A stretch of 64,000 bases of DNA from Bdellovibrionales bacterium (GCA_964230645.1 CAXRHT010000002.1:864395-928394), one strand, 5' to 3'; shown: positions 46,520 to 55,955, counted from the stretch's first letter. Notes: a model not told the origin generated them from the letters alone. Numbers and translations: made by a program.

Positions 46520-46761
46520 ATATCCTTAAACCCTTGGACTATTTTCAGTGCCCAGTTCGTCTGTTTCAACTTAGCTTTATTCGCCTCCCACAGGAGGGTC
46601 AAGCCGGTTTCTTTTCAAAACCATACCCTAAGATATTAAAATTAAACAGCTTTTTTTTAACTGATTGTGTAGCCATCTAAACATTTACTAATATTTTTGA
46701 TCACGACAGAAATCCCAAAATCCCCTATCCTCTAGTCATCAACTTAAAGGAGGAAGCCTCA

Positions 46762-47046
46762 ATGGCCAAAACAACCGAAACCACACCGAACGAAAAAATT
46801 TCCAAAGCTGTTAATCTCGTTAACGAAGCACGCGCTCAAAAAGTAGATGCTGTCCGTGAAAATCTCAGAGAAAACATCGATACAGGACGCAAGCGCGTTG
46901 AGGATTTCGCAGATCAAACTCGTTCACAATATTATGAGACCAGAGAAATGACTGAGAAAACTCTAAAGGATAATCCTTTCCTAGCAGTATTCACAGCTTC
47001 TATTCTTGGATTACTCCTTGGCTTTCTTTTTGGTCGGAAAAAATAA
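46762..47046 (+). CDS. DUF883 (ElaB/YqjD-like) tail-anchored stress protein
   Basis: Helical N-part with C-terminal NPFLAVFTASILGLLLGFLFGRKK anchor. AAGGAGG RBS. Confidence 0.8.
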   Translation: MAKTTETTPNEKISKAVNLVNEARAQKVDAVRENLRENIDTGRKRVEDFADQTRSQYYETREMTEKTLKDNPFLAVFTASILGLLLGFLFGRKK

Positions 47047-47598
47047 GTGAATTTCAAAGAATTTACAGCACTCGCAACGCGTGTTGTGACCGAGCAAACA
47101 CTCGGTCACTTAGCGAGTCTCGCAGACTACACTGTTAATCAAATCAGAGATTTCGCGCGCTCAACCATGATTGCTCACTTGCTTGTACAAGTTGTGGCAG
47201 GCGTCTTAGCCGTCTCTGGTGTGCTTGCTCTTTCCCTCGGATGGTCGATCTACGGAAGTGAAACTTTAATCGGTTGGGAAACCGTGTTCTATATCAACTG
47301 TGGATTGTTCACAGCTTCTATATTTTTGATTCTTTTCACACTGAACAGATATTCCAGGAAGAGGCACGATTTCGCCCGGCAGACGGACCGGCTTACACGA
47401 AACTTAACCGAGTCCATTCTTCATAGTTTCTCAACCTTCCAAACGGAACAAAGTGCTTCCAGGCAGGAAGAGCGACTAGAAAAGCTTGAGAAGTCGATTG
47501 AGCTTTTGGCGCAAGCTATCGCCGAAGAGCAAAACAACTACAATGTTGTTTCGATGAAAGACGAATCTAAAAAAGAAAGGTCCCAATCCAATGCCTAA
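47047..47598 (+). CDS. Membrane protein, possibly YqjE/DUF1469-like
   Basis: GTG start directly after the previous stop. Two adjacent TMs. Synteny resembles E. coli yqjD-yqjE (from memory). Confidence 0.45.
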   Translation: MNFKEFTALATRVVTEQTLGHLASLADYTVNQIRDFARSTMIAHLLVQVVAGVLAVSGVLALSLGWSIYGSETLIGWETVFYINCGLFTASIFLILFTLNRYSRKRHDFARQTDRLTRNLTESILHSFSTFQTEQSASRQEERLEKLEKSIELLAQAIAEEQNNYNVVSMKDESKKERSQSNA

Positions 47599-47764
47599 TA
47601 ATGAAAAAGAAAATAAAGACAAAGTAAATCCCGAAGGTCAGCAAGACCGTAAAGGTAATTACGACATCGATGGTGTTTCTTATAAAAACGAAGAAACCCA
47701 TGTGGGTGGAGATGCCACGACCACCGACAGTGCCGAAGATAAGAAATCCAAGGGTGACAAATAA
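47591..47764 (+). CDS. Possible small (57 aa) hydrophilic protein
   Basis: Not in the track. ATG overlaps the previous stop. Sequence MPNNEKENKDKVNPEGQQDRKGNYDIDGVSYKNEETHVGGDATTTDSAEDKKSKGDK. The SD is weak. Confidence 0.35.
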   Translation: MPNNEKENKDKVNPEGQQDRKGNYDIDGVSYKNEETHVGGDATTTDSAEDKKSKGDK

Positions 47765-47767
47765 TAA

Positions 47768-48715
47768 TTACTGAGGGTGCTCGCTAAAACCCTCTTTCTC
47801 TTTGTAAGCGACCATCAAACTCTCGTGAAGTTTTTCTCCACCTTTGATTCCGAAATCTAAAGTTCGAATCGGGAACGGAATGGTGATGCCATTGTTATCA
47901 AAGGCCTCTTTGATTCGGATCACGATTTCATGGCGGGTTTCTAAAAATGCAAAATGGTTGGGATAGTTAACCCAAACTCGTGCTTCACAATTAATGGAAC
48001 TTCCACCAAATTCCTCAAAAAAAACTTCCACTTCCCTTTCTTTTATTCGGTGTTCAATTCCCAATAGGGCTTCCCGAATCACCTCAGTAACTTTCCTTAA
48101 ATTCTCAGCATAGGAAACCCCCACTTTTAAATCGACTCGCCTTCTGGGAGTGCCCGAGATATTCTGTAAGGGTTTAGTGATCATCATCTGATTGGGAATA
48201 AATATTTCAATTCCCTGAAAGGTTTCAATTTGAGTGGTCCTAAGATCAATGGCCTTCACCTCACCAATATAGCCTTCGACTTCCACCAAATCCCCGATCC
48301 GGTAGGGCTCTCTAAAAGCTATTAAAATTCCCGAGACAAAGTTGGCCGCAATATCTTGAAAAGCAAAACCTAGAGCCAAACCAATGACTCCGGCTCCCGC
48401 AAGGAGTGATGTCACGGTCTTATCGAGATGCAATATCCCCAGAGAGATAAAAATTCCCAATAATACTGTGGCAAGTTTTATGATTGTTCCCCCAAGGGAA
48501 ACTAGAGACCTGTTTTTTACATTTTTAGAAAGAAGGGTTTGTGTACCGCGCCCGATCCATCCTGCCAAATAACCAAAAACACATACGACACCAATGGCGA
48601 CGATAAAGTTGGGCAAATTTTGAATGGCCACTTCGTACCAGTCCACCAATTTATTTGAGATTAGATTCCAAGCGTGAGAAATGCTCTTTTCCACAATCAC
48701 CCCTTTTACAAACAA
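47768..48715 (-). CDS. Mechanosensitive ion channel (MscS family)
   Basis: GFAFQDIAANFVSGILIAFREPYRIGDLVEVEGYIGEVKAIDLRTTQI. Confidence 0.9.
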   Translation of the reverse strand: MFVKGVIVEKSISHAWNLISNKLVDWYEVAIQNLPNFIVAIGVVCVFGYLAGWIGRGTQTLLSKNVKNRSLVSLGGTIIKLATVLLGIFISLGILHLDKTVTSLLAGAGVIGLALGFAFQDIAANFVSGILIAFREPYRIGDLVEVEGYIGEVKAIDLRTTQIETFQGIEIFIPNQMMITKPLQNISGTPRRRVDLKVGVSYAENLRKVTEVIREALLGIEHRIKEREVEVFFEEFGGSSINCEARVWVNYPNHFAFLETRHEIVIRIKEAFDNNGITIPFPIRTLDFGIKGGEKLHESLMVAYKEKEGFSEHPQ

Positions 48716-48796
48716 CTATTCTCGTCAATTTTCCCATAAAGGTCATTGACACAGATAGTCCGCTCCTATCTTGAGAGTTCAATCAACAAAGACCGT

Positions 48797-49426
48797 TTAA
48801 AATTTGGGAAGTTCTCTTTCAAATAAAAAAATTATTTTATTCCACTCTCTGGATTCACGCGACCGAGGGGTCAATGAGTAAATACGTCGGTAGCTTAAAA
48901 TCAAGTTCATATCATAGACTCCCACGGGATAACTCACGGAAATATCCCCCAGTACACCATGCTCTCCTGTATCGTGAGCTGAGGTTCTATCCTCATTGGC
49001 CACGGCCATATTCACACCATTGACGGTTCCCACTCTGTAGGAGGCATAAGGCCCCGCTGCGAACGAGAACCAAGAGGCCAGCCAAAATCTGAAAATAATT
49101 GGCACTTGAATTCGATCCACTTTTTCGGTCAGAATTCCACCACCAGGAGTTCTTCGTAAATATTGAAATTGACCGTATTGAATCTGAGCCTCTACTGACA
49201 TCCACGAAAAAGCTCCGGCTTGCAAGCCCACTAAGCCTCCGGAAAGGACTGACAATCCGGCGTCAGAGCCTTCAAGGGGACTTTGATTTTCATCCACTTC
49301 CTGTAAGAACCCACCGATCTGAATAATGAGTTCCCCTTTTTCAGTCTCTTCTCCCCTTGCCTTTTCGATCAGGACCGTGGCACAAATAAATGAAATGACG
49401 AATATTTTTAGGGTTTTATTTATCAC
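48797..49426 (-). CDS. Outer-membrane beta-barrel protein (porin family)
   Basis: Signal peptide MINKTLKIFVISFICATVLIEKARG with alternating strands. Confidence 0.55.
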   Translation of the reverse strand: MINKTLKIFVISFICATVLIEKARGEETEKGELIIQIGGFLQEVDENQSPLEGSDAGLSVLSGGLVGLQAGAFSWMSVEAQIQYGQFQYLRRTPGGGILTEKVDRIQVPIIFRFWLASWFSFAAGPYASYRVGTVNGVNMAVANEDRTSAHDTGEHGVLGDISVSYPVGVYDMNLILSYRRIYSLTPRSRESREWNKIIFLFERELPKF

Positions 49427-50348
49427 GCTCCTTTTTTACCCCAATCTAGAGGCCCGGGGCAACGATGAATCATTCAAAGAAACCATCGTCGAAAACAATA
49501 AATACCTCTCTAAACAGTTCGACAGTCTCGCACAGGAGATTGACACCCTTCTTTCCAACCGCAGGGGGAAAGTCCCCTCCAATAGTCGCCTTAGACTCTT
49601 AGGATACTTTGAAAGTCGAGAAGGAGGGATACAAAATCAGAGCTTTTTTATCTCAGCGGACTTGAGACTTCCCAAGTTAGAAAAAAAGTGGAAGGTCCGC
49701 TTTTCGAGTTATGACCGAGAAGACGAGTTTGAGGGCTTACAGAGAAATCGTAATGGTGTGGCACCAAGAGAGCAGAAATCAGGGGCCAGTGTGGGCCTGA
49801 TTCGAAAAGTCTCAGGCGTTAACTTTTTACTACGCCCTCGTATTGAACTTAAAGACCCTTTAGTTTCAAGTATGCTTTTAAAACTGAATGGAGACCTCCA
49901 AATTACCTCTTGGGCTCTGCAGTGGCAACTCAAGTTTTTTGCTCATTCGGTCGATGGAGTGGGACAGTCGGCCGCCTTTGATTTTGAAAAAGATTTAACA
50001 AACCGATTGGTTTTGCGATTATTTAACGAGCAACAGTATCTTGATCGAGACAATGTTTTTCGAGTGGCTCAGGGACCTTCTTTTCTCTACAAGCTCAATG
50101 ATTTAATGGGCCTTTCCACAACACTTGCCTTTAACTCTGCCAATAGAAACATTAGTACCCGTTTTACCGAAGAAGCCTATGGAGCCGAAAATTATCACCT
50201 GACCTCTTATCGTTGGGACATCACTTTTAGCCACAAACTACTAAGAAATGTGTTTCACTACCAATTGACACCTCTGCTGGAGTTCCCTAAACAACGAGGC
50301 TTCAAAGGTTGGGCCGGGATTATCCTCCGAACAGAAATCATCTTTTAA
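49395..50348 (+). CDS. Hypothetical secreted or OM protein
   Basis: MTNIFRVLFITLLFYPNLEA signal at ATG 49395. The track start at 49326 has no signal. Ends ...LRTEIIF. Confidence 0.5.
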   Translation: MTNIFRVLFITLLFYPNLEARGNDESFKETIVENNKYLSKQFDSLAQEIDTLLSNRRGKVPSNSRLRLLGYFESREGGIQNQSFFISADLRLPKLEKKWKVRFSSYDREDEFEGLQRNRNGVAPREQKSGASVGLIRKVSGVNFLLRPRIELKDPLVSSMLLKLNGDLQITSWALQWQLKFFAHSVDGVGQSAAFDFEKDLTNRLVLRLFNEQQYLDRDNVFRVAQGPSFLYKLNDLMGLSTTLAFNSANRNISTRFTEEAYGAENYHLTSYRWDITFSHKLLRNVFHYQLTPLLEFPKQRGFKGWAGIILRTEIIF

Positions 50349-50353
50349 ACTAT

Positions 50354-52249
50354 TTAGGATCTCAGCGCTCTTTCCATCGTCTGAAGCAAACTTTGCTGAC
50401 TCACCGGCTTTGAGATATAGTCATCAAAGCCTGCTTCAAGACATCGCTCTTTTTCACCTTTCATGGTGTGAGCTGTGAGAGCGATTATCTTTTTACTGTA
50501 TTGGGATCCTCGCAATATATTGACGGCCTCGTAACCATCAAGGCCCGGCATTTGAATATCCATAAGGACAAGATCATAGGGCTCGGCCATGGCTTTTTTC
50601 ACCGCATCGGAACCATTGTCCACGGTAGTGAGATTAGCCTTGGCTCCTTCAATAAAAATTTTAAATAAAACTTGGTTTTCCTTAGAGTCTTCCGCCAATA
50701 AAACTCTTTTGTCAGAGAAGTCATAATCTTTTTTAAGGGGCCTCTTCTTTTCACTTTCCTCAACCTGAGCTTGATCAAGGCTCTTAGGAGACTCAATCCA
50801 ATCTTCTCCCATAACTTCGCAAGGCAAAGACACTCTAAAGTGACTTCCTATATTTTTACGGCTGGAAACTAAGATAAGTTCCCCTTCTAGAGCTTTGGCC
50901 AACTGTTTTGATATCGACAGCCCAAGCCCTGCTCCACCGAAATGGCGAGCATGCTCAGCGTCTGCCTGGGTAAAGGTATTAAAGATACTTTTCTGATTTT
51001 TCTCTTCAATTCCAATCCCTTGGTCAATCACATCAACTAAAAGGCGCCCGTTAGAAAAGCCTACTACCATTTTCACCATCGAATCATTGGGACTAAACTT
51101 AATAGCATTACCTACAAGGTTAGTGACAATTTGCTTTAAGCGGGTCGGATCTGTTTTAATGGCTTTAGGGATTTTGTTGCCAAACTCCACTTTGAAATCT
51201 AACTTTTTGTCCGAAATTTTTTGAAGAAAGTAGTTCTCGATGTCTTTAATAAACTGGGCTAACTTAACTTCCTCAAAATGTAACTCTAATTTATCAGCGG
51301 ACAAGCGCGAAATATCAAAGAGATCATCAATAAGATCCAAAAGATGCTCGCTGTTTCTCTTAATAAAAGAAACATGATGTTTCATCTCCCCTTTAACCTG
51401 GGGATCATCGGCTATTAGCTCTGAAAACCCTAGGATGGCTCCAAGAGGCGTGCGAATTTCGTGACTCATGTTCGCTAGGAATAAATCTTTTGTTTTAGAA
51501 GAGGCCCTCATCTCTTCGACGTTTTTGATGTTTTCAGAAAGCAAACTACGATAACTGGCCGTCAATTTTTTCAATTGGCGAATCATTATAAAAACCACGA
51601 AAAAGGCTAAAATGAGTGTAAAGACAATTTCGATAATCCCGGTAATTTCCAGGGTTGAGCGTAACTTTTTACTGACCTCTCGGTGCCTCGCCTCGACTTG
51701 GTCTCTGAAGTTTTCCACTCTCTTTTTAATGGCTGAATAATTTTGATGATCGTGAACCAATTGCTTTTCAGCTTTCTGCTGGGCATTACGAATTTTTGAT
51801 TCCCGTAAAGACAAGGTGGTTAAAACGTAGCGTTTGAAATCGCCATGCCCCACCAGTAGGGAGCGGAATTTGGTCGCAAAATTGGCGTCCATACTAAGAT
51901 CAAGAAAAATTCGGTCCATGAGAGGATCGATCTTTTTTAGGCTTTCTTCTGCGAGGGAGCGAAAGTCATCATCACCTGTCATGATGTAACCGCGCATCCC
52001 ATTTTCCACATCAGAGTAATATTTTTCGATTTGGACTAAGCCCAGGCGCAGTCGTTCAAAGCGGTTCTTCTTGCTTCCTAAAGCACCGATATAGTCATTT
52101 TGAAAGTGAAAAAAGACAAGGAGAACGAGTATGAAAAAAACCGGAATACTAACAATTCGAATGAGGTGGTTCTGGAAGGTGCGATTATCGAACTGGAAGG
52201 CTCTTTCTTTGTCAGCCGGCAAAGGCGACTGACGGCTTTCTTCACTCAT
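50354..52249 (-). CDS. Hybrid sensor histidine kinase/response regulator with CHASE3-like sensor
   Basis: CHASE3-like VENGMRGYIMTGDDDF. HisKA LANMSHEIRTPL. HATPase N/G boxes. C-terminal REC (VLLAEDS...LVLMDIQMPGLDG). Confidence 0.9.
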   Translation of the reverse strand: MSEESRQSPLPADKERAFQFDNRTFQNHLIRIVSIPVFFILVLLVFFHFQNDYIGALGSKKNRFERLRLGLVQIEKYYSDVENGMRGYIMTGDDDFRSLAEESLKKIDPLMDRIFLDLSMDANFATKFRSLLVGHGDFKRYVLTTLSLRESKIRNAQQKAEKQLVHDHQNYSAIKKRVENFRDQVEARHREVSKKLRSTLEITGIIEIVFTLILAFFVVFIMIRQLKKLTASYRSLLSENIKNVEEMRASSKTKDLFLANMSHEIRTPLGAILGFSELIADDPQVKGEMKHHVSFIKRNSEHLLDLIDDLFDISRLSADKLELHFEEVKLAQFIKDIENYFLQKISDKKLDFKVEFGNKIPKAIKTDPTRLKQIVTNLVGNAIKFSPNDSMVKMVVGFSNGRLLVDVIDQGIGIEEKNQKSIFNTFTQADAEHARHFGGAGLGLSISKQLAKALEGELILVSSRKNIGSHFRVSLPCEVMGEDWIESPKSLDQAQVEESEKKRPLKKDYDFSDKRVLLAEDSKENQVLFKIFIEGAKANLTTVDNGSDAVKKAMAEPYDLVLMDIQMPGLDGYEAVNILRGSQYSKKIIALTAHTMKGEKERCLEAGFDDYISKPVSQQSLLQTMERALRS

Positions 52250-52560
52250 ATTTTTTGTTCTTTAAACCTCAGGTACTCTTCAATCCCCTGGACAAATCCT
52301 GCGGAATCGATGTCTTTGCCCTCTTTTAGGTCAGCCTCGATGGCTTGGGCCATGTCCGCTAAAAAGGGAAATCCATAAGGAGCTGAGAATCCCTTCCAGT
52401 TGTGTGTAATCTTTTCAACCTCCTGAAACTCCTTATTTTCCATGTGAAAACGGATTTTTTCTAGGTCCGCGTAGCGGTCCTTGAGAAAGTCTGCCTGCAG
52501 CGGCTTGAGTTCAGGAAGAACCTCTGGTTCATTTAGCACTTTTGTTCTGTCAAACTTCAT
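52246..52560 (-). CDS. Hpt-domain phosphotransfer protein
   Basis: ITHNWKGFSAPYGF matches the Hpt HxxKG motif. 4-nt overlap with the kinase start. Confidence 0.75.
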   Translation of the reverse strand: MKFDRTKVLNEPEVLPELKPLQADFLKDRYADLEKIRFHMENKEFQEVEKITHNWKGFSAPYGFPFLADMAQAIEADLKEGKDIDSAGFVQGIEEYLRFKEQKI

Positions 52561-52624
52561 GCTATTTACATATAATATTTTATCGAATTTTAGTACCCTT
52601 AATTAGTTTAAGTGAGGATTTTTC

Positions 52625-53317
52625 ATGAAAAAGATTCTGTTAGTAGAGGACAGTAAAGAAATCTTTAATATGGTCCAGTTGAGCCTGAAATCAATTGCAG
52701 AGATCGAATGGGCGGGATCTTTCGAAAAAGGTCTTGAGGCCATTAGAAATCAAAAATATGAGCTCTACTTACTCGATATGGAGCTTCCAGACGGAAATGG
52801 TGTAGAGCTTTGCACTGAAATTAATACTAAAAACCCTTCGGCACCTATTTTCTTTCTGACTTCTCACAAAGAACTCTCTGACAAGGTCCTTTCATTTGCT
52901 GCTGGAGCTGACGATTACATTACAAAACCCTTTGAACCACTAGAGCTTAAAGCTCGCATTGAAGCCCGTTTTCGTAAAATGGATCTGAACCAAGAAGAAC
53001 AGACTCATATGAGATGGAAAGAGCTAGAAATCGACACTCTCACTCAGGAAGTGAAGGTCAATGGCGGAGAGGGTTGGCAAAAAGTCGACCTTACGGCACT
53101 TGAGTTCAAACTTCTTATGTATTTCGCCACGCGCTTTAACCACGTCATCAATCGGGACAAAATCCTCGATGATATTTGGGGAAAAGACGTGCATGTTTAC
53201 CCAAGGTCTGTTGATACTCATGTCAGTAAGCTTCGCAAAAAGCTAGGCCCCGTGTCCGAAATTATCGGTTCTGTCCACGGAGCCGGTTACAAGTTTGTAC
53301 CTACGCCTGTCGCCTAA
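52625..53317 (+). CDS. OmpR/PhoB-family response regulator
   Basis: REC (LLVEDS...YLLDMELPDGNG) plus a winged helix (LTALEFKLLMYF...VDTHVSKLRKKL). Confidence 0.9.
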   Translation: MKKILLVEDSKEIFNMVQLSLKSIAEIEWAGSFEKGLEAIRNQKYELYLLDMELPDGNGVELCTEINTKNPSAPIFFLTSHKELSDKVLSFAAGADDYITKPFEPLELKARIEARFRKMDLNQEEQTHMRWKELEIDTLTQEVKVNGGEGWQKVDLTALEFKLLMYFATRFNHVINRDKILDDIWGKDVHVYPRSVDTHVSKLRKKLGPVSEIIGSVHGAGYKFVPTPVA

Positions 53318-53326
53318 GGTTGCAAA

Positions 53327-53824
53327 CTAGTGAAGCTTCATCATTGCATCGATACTGTTGAGGTGTCTCTCAAGCTCTGGGAGGACCTCGTTTCTGATGA
53401 AGCGCTTATCTTTTTCTTCCACCAAGGGATGCTTAAGAAAGCTTTTATATTCTTTCACTCCATGTTCTTCGCCCGTTTTGAGGGCTCTAAGAGTGGAATT
53501 TTCTCCAAAAAGCTTTGCTGTACTCATAAAAGCTTGAACCACGTAGCCCCAAGGTCCCGAACTCGTATCTGGCTCAACAGTCACACTTTCAACCTGTTCA
53601 CGCCAGTACTCGGCGTTCGTTCTGTGCGAGACTAAAAACTCCTTAAGTCTCTTCACTTCCGCGGGATCGTCAATGGTCTTAAGGGCTTCTTCATAAGCCT
53701 CTACTGCCGATAACTCTCCCCTGAGAAGTTGATTCAAGGCTTCTCCTAGTTTCATACCTGGGGTTATCAAAATGTCTCCATAACCTTGTTCTGTGGCTTG
53801 GATCATTGTGGCCTCCTTTGTCAC
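53327..53824 (-). CDS. PA2169/DUF2383-like four-helix-bundle (ferritin-like) protein
   Basis: LNQLLRGELSAVEAYEEAL and TGEEHGVKEYKSFL are paired motifs (from memory). Confidence 0.6.
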   Translation of the reverse strand: MTKEATMIQATEQGYGDILITPGMKLGEALNQLLRGELSAVEAYEEALKTIDDPAEVKRLKEFLVSHRTNAEYWREQVESVTVEPDTSSGPWGYVVQAFMSTAKLFGENSTLRALKTGEEHGVKEYKSFLKHPLVEEKDKRFIRNEVLPELERHLNSIDAMMKLH

Positions 53825-53856
53825 AATTGGCTCCTTTGTTAGGGCTTAGAGTTGAT

Positions 53857-54390
53857 TTATTGGGTTTCAATCAAAGATTTCAGTTTCCAACTGGTCATTT
53901 CGTGGTTTTTTAAAACTCCCACAAGGAAATCTTCAGTGCCGTGGTCGCGCTTAAGTAAGCTATCATCGTCCAAGGCGTCTTTGATTTGATGCTGAATGAT
54001 CATGTGGTCACGAAGCAGCTCAGAGATCATTTCATCGGCTGAAAGATTGGCCTCTTTGCCCGACTCTATGCTGTTAGATTGGCTAAATTCTTTCACTGTG
54101 CTCATTGGACGCCCACCAAGCACTCGGACTCTCTCTGCGATGTCGTCCATCTCATCAAGTAGAGCTCGATACTGAGTTTCCAAGAATTCATGAAGACTGT
54201 TAAAACGAGGGCCTACGATGTTCCAATGAAAATTGAGAGTTTTGGTGAAAAGGGTGTACTCGTTCGCTAAAAGTAGATTGAGAAAAGCAATGCTCTCTTT
54301 GTTAGACTCCTCAGGGAGTTTTCCCACAGGATTCATCTTCTTAACTTCTTTTTCTGAAAGCTGAGATTTAGTGTTTGTTGATGTTGCCAA
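53857..54390 (-). CDS. dps: Dps-family DNA protection/ferritin-like protein
   Basis: LNLLLANEYTLFTKTLNFHWNIVGPRFNSLHEFLETQY...DDIAERVRVLGG. Confidence 0.9.
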   Translation of the reverse strand: MATSTNTKSQLSEKEVKKMNPVGKLPEESNKESIAFLNLLLANEYTLFTKTLNFHWNIVGPRFNSLHEFLETQYRALLDEMDDIAERVRVLGGRPMSTVKEFSQSNSIESGKEANLSADEMISELLRDHMIIQHQIKDALDDDSLLKRDHGTEDFLVGVLKNHEMTSWKLKSLIETQ

Positions 54391-54393
54391 AAT

Positions 54394-54597
54394 TTACTCC
54401 TTTTTATTATTTTTAGAATTTTCATGAAGAGGATCTGGATCCCTAATAACTCCGTAGAGAACCGAGAGAATGGTCAGTCCTAAAAAGATAAATAAAAGGA
54501 ACTTTGATGTTCCAAAATTTAAAGGAAGTCCGGTTCCTAGTTCTAAAAAAACCAATCCGAAGGCTATAGACAGGCCCAGGAACACTCGAATGATCAC
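54394..54597 (-). CDS. Small (67 aa) membrane protein upstream of dps
   Basis: GTG start with GGAGG upstream. Two hydrophobic helices. Ends 3 nt before the dps start. Confidence 0.5.
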   Translation of the reverse strand: MIIRVFLGLSIAFGLVFLELGTGLPLNFGTSKFLLFIFLGLTILSVLYGVIRDPDPLHENSKNNKKE

Positions 54598-54664
54598 AGA
54601 GTCACCTCCATCTGATAGTCCTTATTCTGTAGGAATCGGACCTATTTATCTTTTTCTGGTTTTC

Positions 54665-54722
54665 ACGAGTTTGTGTTATTTTTTCCACAGACAAGGGACG
54701 AGTTTGTGTAGAAAATTACACA
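54665..54722. promoter_or_regulatory. Candidate operator: two exact 12-nt direct repeats plus a palindrome in a divergent promoter region
   Basis: ACGAGTTTGTGT occurs at 54665-54676 and 54698-54709 (33-bp spacing). TGTGTA-gaaaat-TACACA lies at 54705-54722. Confidence 0.3.
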
Positions 54723-54797
54723 CAGGTATAACTCCTTAAATTTAGACCTTTTCGATCGGCCTCGCTAATATAAGACCTCTTTAAAAGGAGAATACTA

Positions 54798-55181
54798 ATG
54801 AAACGATTATTGATCCTATTTTTAATAAGCCCCCTACTTTTCGCCTGCACCGAGGAGCGTGAGGAAGCCCAAAGTGAAGTGGCAGAAATGAAAGAAAGTC
54901 TAGAAGTGGAACTTTCAGAATTCAGAACGGCCATGAATCAAAAACTCAGCCGACTTGATCGTAAAATTGGTGATTTAGAAGATAAACTTGAGGACAAGGC
55001 TGATAAAACCGAAAATGAAATCGAAGAGCAAGTCGAAGATCTCAAAAAAATGCGCAAGGATGTCAGCGAACAACTTGAAGATATGGACGAAGCGGTTGAG
55101 GATCAGTACGTAAACATGAAAAAGAGCGTAAAAGACAGCTACAAAAAGTTAGAGGACAAAGTCGAAGACCTTATCAATTAG
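54798..55181 (+). CDS. Coiled-coil lipoprotein
   Basis: Lipobox LLFAC with AAGGAG RBS. The remainder is E/K/D-rich helix. Confidence 0.6.
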   Translation: MKRLLILFLISPLLFACTEEREEAQSEVAEMKESLEVELSEFRTAMNQKLSRLDRKIGDLEDKLEDKADKTENEIEEQVEDLKKMRKDVSEQLEDMDEAVEDQYVNMKKSVKDSYKKLEDKVEDLIN

Positions 55182-55197
55182 TAAGACAAATTTCATT

Positions 55198-55941
55198 TTA
55201 GTAAGTGTAATTGAAACCGACAGAATAAGTGATATCAATTTTCTCAATGCCCTGCGGAGGAGCGGAGTCCTCCGCGTAGGTGGCCTGATTCACCCAACTT
55301 AACTGGTTTGAAACCCTAAACTCCATCCCGAGCGTTCCTTGAATTCTGTAGTCATCAATTCTTTTAAATGAGGGCTGATAGTAAGTGATCAGAACAATCT
55401 CGGAGTTTTCCCCCATAAGAGTCCTAAAGGAGAGATACAAATTTCCACGAAAGTTCGCCTGGTCCACACCATTCTCGATAGTCTCATCCTCATAAAAAAG
55501 CCCCCACCCTGTGAAAAACGAAGTTCCCTCTTCATTTTTAAAGACTTTGGCTCTGAGGCCCCCACCCAAAAGTGTGCGTAAACTCAGTTGCTGAAATTCA
55601 TTGAATTCCATTTGACCAAAAGTCTCCCAGGCCCAGGACTCTGCAAACCCTTGTGCGTAGCGCAGATGTCCGTTGCCCCGATGGGAGTTTTTAAAGCCGG
55701 AGGCTTCTCCGTAAGTGTAATTGGTAATAAAAATATATTCGCGCTGTTTCTTTTTATAAATGTTTTGAGAGTTCGCACCAATTTCGAAAACATCAGTGTT
55801 TCCCGAAGCCCCAGACATTTGCAAACCAGAAGACCCACTAAATCCCTGTTTGAAACCCTGCCTAAGACTTTCAATATTAATAAAAGCATTAGCGGTGGTT
55901 GAAAAATAGAAAATGACAATCAGAAGAAGAACACGAGACAA
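55198..55941 (-). CDS. DUF481 (YdiY-like) outer-membrane protein
   Basis: Signal peptide, a GASGNTD motif typical of DUF481, and the C-terminal end FNYTY. Confidence 0.65.
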   Translation of the reverse strand: MSRVLLLIVIFYFSTTANAFINIESLRQGFKQGFSGSSGLQMSGASGNTDVFEIGANSQNIYKKKQREYIFITNYTYGEASGFKNSHRGNGHLRYAQGFAESWAWETFGQMEFNEFQQLSLRTLLGGGLRAKVFKNEEGTSFFTGWGLFYEDETIENGVDQANFRGNLYLSFRTLMGENSEIVLITYYQPSFKRIDDYRIQGTLGMEFRVSNQLSWVNQATYAEDSAPPQGIEKIDITYSVGFNYTY

Positions 55942-55955
55942 AGTAACTACCTATT

